Of a stretch of 64,000 nt of DNA, positions 53,732 through 61,428 are shown piece by piece (position 1 is the stretch's first letter; every line of letters starts with the position of its first letter). The notes beneath the pieces are model-generated. The model had not been told where the DNA came from. It made no database searches and was given only the letters and a program-made list of their open reading frames with translations. The stretch is from the NCBI GenBank assembly GCA_963770835.1, contig CAVYRH010000026.1, forward strand, positions 288,001-352,000, written 5' to 3'. Origin of the DNA: an uncultured Pseudomonadota bacterium (GTDB lineage: Bacteria > Oederibacteriota > Muellerivitia > Muellerivitales > Muellerivitaceae). The position numbers were made by a program, and so were the translations under genes.

Positions 53732-54295
53732 TTGGAAGAACGGGAACTAGTCCAGAAGATCCTCCAGGGTGACGAAAAGGCCAAGGCCGAATTTTTCGTC
53801 ACCCACCGGGAAAAACTCTACCGGAACTGCGTCTATTTATTAGGATACCAGGATCCGGAAGCCGAGGACGTGGTGCAGGAAGTCTTCATCACGGCCTTCG
53901 AAAAGCTCCCGGAATTCGAGTTTAGGTCCAGCCTTTCGACCTGGCTGACGCAGATTTGCATCTATAAGTGCCATAACCGGTTCCGGCAAAGGACCAAGCT
54001 GGTGAACCAGGAGCACGCCGATCTGGATGTATTGCTCCGGTCCTCGGCGATGGAGCGGGAAGAAACCCAGGACCGGGAGAAGGAAAAGCGCCGGGTCATC
54101 GAAAAATGCCTGGAAAAAATCGGCAAGGAATGCCGGGAGGTCATTGAGCAGAGGGAACTGCAGGAGAAGAGCTACATTGAAGTGGGCAAGGCCCTGAAAA
54201 TACCGTTGGGGACGGTGATGTCGCGGCTGTCCCGGTGCAAGAAAGCTTTGAGACTGTTGGTGGAGCAATATTTAAAAGACGAACGGCAAAACTGA
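53732..54295 (+). CDS. ECF RNA polymerase sigma-70 factor (cassette 2), paralog of 19439-20008
   Basis: MEERELVQKILQGDEKAK, EDVVQEVF, FEFRSSLSTWL, IPLGTVMSRLSRC. Confidence 0.92.
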   Translation: MEERELVQKILQGDEKAKAEFFVTHREKLYRNCVYLLGYQDPEAEDVVQEVFITAFEKLPEFEFRSSLSTWLTQICIYKCHNRFRQRTKLVNQEHADLDVLLRSSAMEREETQDREKEKRRVIEKCLEKIGKECREVIEQRELQEKSYIEVGKALKIPLGTVMSRLSRCKKALRLLVEQYLKDERQN

Positions 54296-54415
54296 GTTTG
54301 AACCACCAAGGTCACCAAGGTCACCAAGAAAGACGAACGACAAAAATTAGATGGAAACACAATGTCCCAAAGGGTACAAATAAAACTAAAAATAAATGGG
54401 TAAGAGATAAAGAAA

Positions 54416-55069
54416 ATGTCTGATCTAATCGAACAATTTTTTACGCGGGACTTGAGCGAGGCCGAGCATGAGGCCTTGTCCAAGCTATTACAGCAATCGC
54501 CTGAGGCGGCCGTGAAGTACGAGCGCCTTCTGGAGCAGAACTACCTGGCCACGGGTCTTCCCCAGCCCACACTGCCTAAGGGCCTCACCCATTTCCCCAC
54601 AACCGGTGGGAGCCTGCTGGGCAAAAGCATTCTTCTCAAGGTTTTGGCCGTCGGTTTGGCGGCCTTGGCAGGCGGCCTGCTTTGGAAGTTCTGGCCCAAA
54701 TCCAATATTGCCGTCCCGGCGGCCGTGCAACAACCCATTCAGCAGATTCCCCCCGTGATAACCCATAAGAAACCTGCTCCCGTGGAGCCGCTGGCAGCCG
54801 GGCCCAACCAGGAAGGGCAGGAATTGAGCGTGGTTTTGAACGCGGCCCAGAAGTCCCTGGTAACGGTGCGCATCCTCGATCCCAGCGGCAGGGAAGTGCG
54901 GGCCCTCTACACCGGCTTCGTCGATCCTGGCAAGTGGTCCTTCCAATGGGACGGTCTTTTGGAAAACGGGCAGTCGGCCAATGCGGGCGATTACCGCATT
55001 GACGTGCAATCCGGCGCAACCCACCTGACCAAGGACATCCAGATTAAGCTCCAACCTACCTCTAATTAA
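54416..55069 (+). CDS. Putative anti-sigma factor with TM helix and C-terminal FlgD-Ig/CTD-like domain (cassette 2)
   Basis: Paralog of 20005-20673: EQFFTRDLSEAE, TM, EGQELSVV...VRALYTG...FQWDGLLENG..ANAGDYRI. Confidence 0.75.
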   Translation: MSDLIEQFFTRDLSEAEHEALSKLLQQSPEAAVKYERLLEQNYLATGLPQPTLPKGLTHFPTTGGSLLGKSILLKVLAVGLAALAGGLLWKFWPKSNIAVPAAVQQPIQQIPPVITHKKPAPVEPLAAGPNQEGQELSVVLNAAQKSLVTVRILDPSGREVRALYTGFVDPGKWSFQWDGLLENGQSANAGDYRIDVQSGATHLTKDIQIKLQPTSN

Positions 55070-55078
55070 TCCAATTGC

Positions 55079-55231
55079 TGTCATTGCGAGGGCTTGGTCC
55101 CCGAATAGGGGACCGGGTTTGCCCGAAGCAACCTCAGTTGAAATAAGCCTTTTCCCAAGGAAGTTATTTTTGAACTGAGGTTGCTTCGTCATCTTCGAGC
55201 CCCTATTCGGGGCTCATTCCTCGCAATGACA
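55079..55231. repeat. Nested palindromic MITE/REP-like element (~153 bp)
   Basis: Terminal IR TGTCATTGCGAGG/CCTCGCAATGACA. Internal IRs CCCCGAATAGGGG/CCCCTATTCGGGG and CGAAGCAACCTCAGTT/AACTGAGGTTGCTTCG. Confidence 0.8.
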
Positions 55232-55306
55232 ACTTTTAAAATCTTGTGTCGGAAGCCCTCCGGGGTGAATAATAATTTTATTCATCCATCCGAAGCCGAG
55301 GTGCTC

Positions 55307-56737
55307 TTGAAACGTTTCCTATTCCCCCTTATTTTCCTGCTGCTCGCCCTCAACAGCCCGGCTTTCGCCCAGTTCAACGGCGACGGCCTCAAGGGCACTT
55401 ATTACACCAACGACAACCTGACTAGCGCGGGCCTAACCGAAGTGGACCCCTGGCTGAGCTTCCTCTGGGACGGCTGTCCGCCCCAGCCCAACATGTCCGT
55501 CTCCGTTTTCTCGGTGCAATGGACGGGCTGGGTGGAACCCGCCTACAGCCAGCCCTACACCTTCACCGTCTACGTGGCAGGCGGGGTGAGCCTGATCGTG
55601 AACGGGCAAACCTTGATCAGCCAATGGACCGATTCGGCCAATACCTCCTACCCGGGCATCATTTCGCTGAGCGCGGGCGTTACCTACCCCCTGGTCGTGG
55701 ATTATTTCACCGACGGCGCCAACCCTACCACCGACCACATCCAACTGATTTGGGCGAGCGCTTCCCAAGCCCAGGAAACCATCCCCCGCCAGTACCTCTT
55801 TTCCGGGGCGGCCTTGAATCCCACTCCCACGCCCCAGGCCAGTTCGGCCTGCCAGGCGGCCGCGGCGAACATCAGCGTCAACGGGTCCCTCGGTGAATGG
55901 GCCTGGGCCGGGCCCGGATGGACCACCGTCAACCGCACCGTGTCGGGCAACACCTACGGAACCTCGGCCAGCTTCAAAACCCTTTGGGATGCCAACAACC
56001 TCTACCTGGGCGTCACCGTCACCGACAGCGCCCTGACCCCCACCGGGAGCGCCAATATTTACAACTATTCGACGGTGGAGTTTTACCTGGACACTACGGA
56101 TTCCCGAAGCGTCACGACGGGCAGCACCGACTATGAATACTTCTTCGGGTGGAACGACACCGCGGCCCAGGAGAGCACGGGAAGGACCACGGGGGTCACG
56201 ATGTCGACCACGACCCTTCCCACGGGCTACGTGGTGGAGGCATCCATCCCCTGGTCCACGCTGGGGATGTCGAGCCCCGGCCCGGGCACGGCGCTAGGTT
56301 TGGACCTGGGTGTGGACGTGAACCACAACGGCGGGAATTGCCGGGACGGGGAGATCATGTGGAACGGGGAAAGGGACGACTACGCCAACGCCAGCGCCTA
56401 CGGCCAGCTGGCCCTGGCGGAGGCCTGCCCCACGCCCGTTTCCACGCCGCCCGCGCCCACCGGGGGCAACCCCTACGTTTCCCCCAACCCCACCAACGGA
56501 ACTTCAGTGCAGTTTGTCTACACCATGGCCGAGGCGGGAACGGCCAACATCAAGGTCTGGAACGCCTGGGGCAACCTGGCGGCCACGATCAGCGAGCCCA
56601 AGGGCGCGGGGGAGCAGTCCAGCGTGCTCAACGTGAGCTCCTTCGCGCCGGGCCATTATTTCTACCGGGTTGAGCTGGATTACGGCCCGGGCAAGGCGGA
56701 CGTCTTCAAGACCCAGGTCCTGGCAGTCAAAAAATGA
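55307..56737 (+). CDS. Secreted non-catalytic protein: PA14 + CBM9-like domain + variant CTD (cassette 2)
   Basis: TTG start after GAGGTG, signal peptide (AFA|Q). PA14 (GDGLKGTYY, FSVQWTGWVEP, QETIP.QYL). CBM9-like (LWDANNLYLGVTVTD, GYVVEASIPW..LG). CTD SPNP...FAPGHYFY...VLAVKK. Confidence 0.8.
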   Translation: MKRFLFPLIFLLLALNSPAFAQFNGDGLKGTYYTNDNLTSAGLTEVDPWLSFLWDGCPPQPNMSVSVFSVQWTGWVEPAYSQPYTFTVYVAGGVSLIVNGQTLISQWTDSANTSYPGIISLSAGVTYPLVVDYFTDGANPTTDHIQLIWASASQAQETIPRQYLFSGAALNPTPTPQASSACQAAAANISVNGSLGEWAWAGPGWTTVNRTVSGNTYGTSASFKTLWDANNLYLGVTVTDSALTPTGSANIYNYSTVEFYLDTTDSRSVTTGSTDYEYFFGWNDTAAQESTGRTTGVTMSTTTLPTGYVVEASIPWSTLGMSSPGPGTALGLDLGVDVNHNGGNCRDGEIMWNGERDDYANASAYGQLALAEACPTPVSTPPAPTGGNPYVSPNPTNGTSVQFVYTMAEAGTANIKVWNAWGNLAATISEPKGAGEQSSVLNVSSFAPGHYFYRVELDYGPGKADVFKTQVLAVKK

Positions 56738-58200
56738 CCCCAAAATTCTTTGCCACGGATGAACACGAATTCACACGGATAAAAAATCAGGATGAATTCC
56801 GGCCAGTCCGTTTTTTAAAAATCCTCGAAAATTTCTTTCATCCGTGTGTATCCGTGTTCATCCGTGGCATTGTTTTGTTTTCCTTTGCCCAATCGCTTTT
56901 TGCCCAGACGGTCACCAGTACCGCGGGGCTGGTCACCCCGCTTTCGGCCCTCGGAGCCTCGGCCCGGGCCGACGCCCTGGGCGGCGCGCTGGTGGGACTG
57001 GCGGACGATCCTTCGGCGATCTTCTACAACAGCGCCGGGCTTTCCCAGCTGAAGGCGGCGAGCCTTTCCATCAACCACAACAGCTACCTGGCCAGTTCCT
57101 TCGAGGAAACCCTGCTCTTCGGCCTGCCCACGGGGCACCTGGGAGGCTTCGGGGCGGCCTTGCAGTACGTCTCCTGGGGCGGCCTGGACGAGCGGGACGT
57201 CAACGGTGTCTCCCTGGGCACTTTCACCGACAGCGACGTGGCCTTCAGCCTGGGCTGGGGTTTTCCACTAGCCCGGGGATTTTCCCTGGGGGCGGCCCTG
57301 CACGGCATCCAGCAGAAAGTCGTGGATTCACTCTATACCGGCCTTTCGGGTGACCTGGGAATGCTTTGGGCCCCCGATCCCAACCTTCACTTGGGGCTCG
57401 CCTACACGGGCCTGGGGACTTCGGTTGCGAGTTTCAACCCCGCCCAGGACCTGCATGGAGGCATATCCGTTTTTTTGCCCCTGGGAAAAGACGTAAACCT
57501 TCTGCCACTCGCCTCCGGCGATTGGCAGCCCAACGGGGTGAGCCGAATCCAGGGCGGTTTGGAAGGGGCCTTCGCGCGAAGCTATTTCCTGCGGGTGGGC
57601 TACCAGGGCGCCTTGGCGAACAACCAGATCAACGGATTGACGGGGTTCACGGCCGGCGCGGGGCTTCGACTGGGCCAGTTCCAATTGGACTACGCCTTCG
57701 TGCCCTACGGGGACCTGGGCGACACAAACCGCATCAGCGTGGGATACGAGTTTCCCAATCCCACCCCCGTGGTTTCCAAACCCGTGACGGTGATCTCCAA
57801 TCCGGTGACCGTGCAGGCCCCGCCGGTGACGGTGGTGGCGACACCCGCACCTACGCCGGTGGCGGCGGGGGCATCCAAATCGAAAGTCGAGGTCCTCTTC
57901 GCCCTGCCGGGAGCGGCGGCAACGCCCGCGGGGAATTCCCAGGCTTCCACTCTGCTGGCGCCCTATGAACAGGCGGCCCAGCAGAACCCCGGCGACAGCC
58001 GGGCCTGGCGGAACCTGGGGATCATGTACCTGAGGACGGGCCAACCCGCTTTGGGAATCCAATGCCTGGAGCAGTCCCTGCGCCTAAACCCCAACGACCT
58101 GGCCCTGAAGCAATGGCTGGACGATTACCGGTCTAAGCATCCCACCCCCCCCTTAAGTTTTAATCTGTCATTCCCCGCAATGACATCTAAACCAACCTAA
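56734..58200 (+). CDS. PorV/UPF0164-like outer-membrane barrel with C-terminal TPR (cassette 2)
   Basis: ATGA overlap with the upstream gene. GASARADALGGALVGLADDPSAIFYNSAGL, LDYAFVPYGDLGDTNRISVGYEF, TPR AWRNLG..Y...GIQCLEQSLRLNPND. Confidence 0.8.
   Translation: MTPKFFATDEHEFTRIKNQDEFRPVRFLKILENFFHPCVSVFIRGIVLFSFAQSLFAQTVTSTAGLVTPLSALGASARADALGGALVGLADDPSAIFYNSAGLSQLKAASLSINHNSYLASSFEETLLFGLPTGHLGGFGAALQYVSWGGLDERDVNGVSLGTFTDSDVAFSLGWGFPLARGFSLGAALHGIQQKVVDSLYTGLSGDLGMLWAPDPNLHLGLAYTGLGTSVASFNPAQDLHGGISVFLPLGKDVNLLPLASGDWQPNGVSRIQGGLEGAFARSYFLRVGYQGALANNQINGLTGFTAGAGLRLGQFQLDYAFVPYGDLGDTNRISVGYEFPNPTPVVSKPVTVISNPVTVQAPPVTVVATPAPTPVAAGASKSKVEVLFALPGAAATPAGNSQASTLLAPYEQAAQQNPGDSRAWRNLGIMYLRTGQPALGIQCLEQSLRLNPNDLALKQWLDDYRSKHPTPPLSFNLSFPAMTSKPT
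56752..56868. repeat. 117-bp palindromic element in frame within the N-terminus of the PorV-like gene
   Basis: Arms GCCACGGATGAACACGAATTCACACGGAT (56752-56780) and ATCCGTGTGTATCCGTGTTCATCCGTGGC (56840-56868), 27/29 complementary. Confidence 0.8.
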
Positions 58201-58269
58201 CACCCCTGAAACCGATGAAAGCAAGCGTATTTCCAGTCTTCCCCCAACGGACGATTTTTTCCACCGGAC

Positions 58270-58300
58270 GGGAATAAAGCGCCCTTATCCAAACACCAAT
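58270..58300 (+). promoter_or_regulatory. Putative ECF promoter GGGAATAAA-N12-AAACACCAAT upstream of GH30
   Basis: 18 of 19 motif positions and the spacing match 53686-53716. Confidence 0.65.
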
Positions 58301-58394
58301 CTAAGTAGGGAAGAACTTGCTTTGGGGAAGCACGTCCTTTTCCGACCCCGGCTTATTTGCAATTTAGACCGGAATGAAAATCGAGGGGATCGAC

Positions 58395-61145
58395 ATGAAA
58401 AAGAAATCGTTTCTCAGCCTTTTCGTTTTAGCGGCGCTTGCAAGCGCCAGCGCGGCTTGGGCCGGCACCTGTACGATAAACGCAACCCAGACCAACCAAT
58501 ACATTCATTGCATCGGGGCGTCCAGCGCTTGGAGCGGCATCAACGGTTTGGGAACCGAGTTATTCGCGGACGACAACGTGAACGGCCATATCGGACTTCA
58601 ATCCCTGAGGGCCCGGATCGATCCCACCAACAACTTTTCTCCCGAAGTGAGTACCTTGGTTTCCGCCAAGGCCGTCAATCCCAATATCCTATTCTGGGCC
58701 ACCGAATGGTCCCCTCCCGCCCAATACAAGGCCAACGATAACGTCGATGGCGGCGCCAGCAACGATACCTTCCTGGGAGCCAGCTCCGGAGCGGCCAACA
58801 GCGACGATACGGGATTGGCGAGTTACCAAGTCTCGTTTATCCAATATTGCAAGAACCAAGGCATCAACCTTTACGCCCTTTCCGTCCAGAACGAACCGAA
58901 TTTCAACCCCACCTACGAGGCCTGCCTTTGGTCGGCTGGCCAGTTTGATGTCTATGTCAAGGCCTTTTATAGCGCCCTCCAGAGCGCCGGCCTTTCGACC
59001 AAAATTATGATTCCAGAGCCGGACAACCCGGGCGGCATGAACCTGGCCTCCACGGCAATGGCCGACTCTACCGCGGCCCCTGAAATCGGCATCATCGCCT
59101 CCCACGCCTACGGCGAAAACCTCGCCCCTCTTTCTTCCTACGGCTTCAGCAACGTCACGAACCAGGAATGGTGGGAAAGTGAGATCTCCGGGAACACGAC
59201 CGATGTGCCGGGCGCCTTGCAGGAAGCGGGTTGGATCCATACCAGCCTGGTAGATGCCGGCACGAACGCCTTCCATTATTGGTGGATCCAGGACCTTTAC
59301 AGCGGCAGCAGCCTCGACATCAAGGCTTTCGTCCTGGGCAATTACAGTAAATTCATCCGTCCCGGCTATTACCGTATGGGCGCGACCGAGGTCCCCTCGT
59401 CCGGGGTATCGGTGAGCGCGTTCAAGAACACGAATACTTCCTCGCCACAGACCATCGTCTTCGTGGCCATCAACAGCAACGGCTCATCGGTCAACCAGAC
59501 CTTCACGATCAGCGGGGTCAATGTGACTTCGGTGACCCCTTGGGTGACCAACGGGAGCACCAACCTCGTCGCGCAACCCGCCGTGGCCGTTTCAGGGGGA
59601 AGTTTTACCTATTCCCTGACTCCCAGCAGTGTTACGTCCTTCGTGGGCGTGGTCAGCGGAACCGTTGCCAACACCCCCACTTTCACCCCGGTGCCGCCAA
59701 CGGCCACCCACACCAACACGCCGGTGCCTCCGACGGCCACCTTTACGCACACCAATACGCCCGTGCCGCCGACCGCGACCTTTACTTTCACGGCAACTTC
59801 CACCGCGACGAAAACCAACACCCCGGTGCCTCCGACGGCCACGGCCACTTTTACCGCCACTCATACCAATACTCCCGTGCCACCGACGAACACCTTTACG
59901 GCTGTGCCGCCAACACCGACCCAGACCAACACGCCCGTGCCTCCGACGGCCACTAACACGGCTTTGCCGCCCACGTTGACGAACACGCCGGCACCCCCGA
60001 CGGCCACGAATACGGCCGCGCCACCGACCAGTACCTTCACCGCGGCGCCCCCAACGGCGACCTTCACCTTCACGTTGACACCGTTGCCGCCGACAGTGAC
60101 CAACACGCCGCTGCCTGCGACGGCCACCAACACGGCTTTGCCGCCAACGAGCACGCCGACGTTTACTTCGGTGCCGCCCACATCTACCTTCACCCACACA
60201 CCGGTTCCGCCGACCAATACCTTTACAGCCGTTCCTCCCACGGTAACACCGACATTCACCTTGACACCAGTGCCTCCGACGCCCACGGATACGATCGTGG
60301 TTTCCGGCGGCAGCTTTGAGGTACAACTCTTGAGCGCCGTCACCAGCGCCAACACCAACAGCCCCCATCCCCAGATCCAGATCGTCAACACGGGGACGGG
60401 TTCCTTGAACCTGAACAACGTCACGGTCCGGTATTGGTTCAACTGCGACTGCACTACCCAAAGCCTGCAGGCCTGGGTGGACTGGGCTGGCCTGATCCCC
60501 CAGGGGACGAGCGAGACCGGAAACGTGCATATTTCCGTCCTACCCACCAGCTTGGGCGGGCAGACAGACTATGTACTCTACAGCTTCACGGGCAATATCG
60601 TACTGCCGCCGGGCGGAATCCTGCAGATCCAGAGCCGGTTCAACAAGAGCGACTGGAGCAATATGAACCAGTCCAACGACTGGAGCTTCGCGCCCTATAC
60701 CAGCTTCACCAACGCGCAAGACGTGACGGGTTACCTGAACGGAAGCCTGGTTTGGGGCCAGCAACCGGCGGCCACCAATGCCGCCGCCTTGACGGCTTCC
60801 AGCGCGCTGGCCTTCCCGAACCCCTCCACGGGGAACGGGACGACCTTGTCCTTCACACTGGGAGGAAACTCCACCGGCGTGCGTGCGGCGGACTTGGGCA
60901 GTTCGGCCATCGTGGACCCGAACGCCAAGATCACGCTGGGCATCTACACCTTAGCGGGACGGCTCATCTGGAGCCAGACGCTGACGGGTGGCGGCTACGG
61001 GAGCACGGGACAACATGACGTTTACTGGAATGAGAAGGACCTGAGGGGTTCGGGCCTTGCCAACGGGGTCTACCTGCTGAAGGTGACCGTGCAATCCAAC
61101 GGCCAGACCAGCTCCACCATCGCCAAGATCCTCATCCTCGGATAA
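58395..61145 (+). CDS. GH30 (xylanase-like) + T/P stalk + CBM3 + CTD
   Basis: [49 protein letters not shown]. Same CBM3-CTD tail as 47897-51274. Confidence 0.88.
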   Translation: MKKKSFLSLFVLAALASASAAWAGTCTINATQTNQYIHCIGASSAWSGINGLGTELFADDNVNGHIGLQSLRARIDPTNNFSPEVSTLVSAKAVNPNILFWATEWSPPAQYKANDNVDGGASNDTFLGASSGAANSDDTGLASYQVSFIQYCKNQGINLYALSVQNEPNFNPTYEACLWSAGQFDVYVKAFYSALQSAGLSTKIMIPEPDNPGGMNLASTAMADSTAAPEIGIIASHAYGENLAPLSSYGFSNVTNQEWWESEISGNTTDVPGALQEAGWIHTSLVDAGTNAFHYWWIQDLYSGSSLDIKAFVLGNYSKFIRPGYYRMGATEVPSSGVSVSAFKNTNTSSPQTIVFVAINSNGSSVNQTFTISGVNVTSVTPWVTNGSTNLVAQPAVAVSGGSFTYSLTPSSVTSFVGVVSGTVANTPTFTPVPPTATHTNTPVPPTATFTHTNTPVPPTATFTFTATSTATKTNTPVPPTATATFTATHTNTPVPPTNTFTAVPPTPTQTNTPVPPTATNTALPPTLTNTPAPPTATNTAAPPTSTFTAAPPTATFTFTLTPLPPTVTNTPLPATATNTALPPTSTPTFTSVPPTSTFTHTPVPPTNTFTAVPPTVTPTFTLTPVPPTPTDTIVVSGGSFEVQLLSAVTSANTNSPHPQIQIVNTGTGSLNLNNVTVRYWFNCDCTTQSLQAWVDWAGLIPQGTSETGNVHISVLPTSLGGQTDYVLYSFTGNIVLPPGGILQIQSRFNKSDWSNMNQSNDWSFAPYTSFTNAQDVTGYLNGSLVWGQQPAATNAAALTASSALAFPNPSTGNGTTLSFTLGGNSTGVRAADLGSSAIVDPNAKITLGIYTLAGRLIWSQTLTGGGYGSTGQHDVYWNEKDLRGSGLANGVYLLKVTVQSNGQTSSTIAKILILG

Positions 61146-61428
61146 GGATTTTAAAGAAAGAGTAGTTCCTGATTCAGCCCGCCGGGGCACATCCAAGTTG
61201 ATCTAAGACTTGGGCGTCGAGGATTCAAATGGGGCGGATGTTTCTCCGGCGGGGAATCGGGTTTACCAACCCATTCCCCACCTCAACAGAAATCGAAGGC
61301 TGGAAGATCTTCAAACTTGGGATTTGGTTGTCGGACTGGGAGCGGTTCCGGTAAATCCTGGTTTTGTTTCAGCCGTCTCATTTGACAAGCGAACCAGTTG
61401 AACCGGATCAACTCCAAGGAGATCGCCG

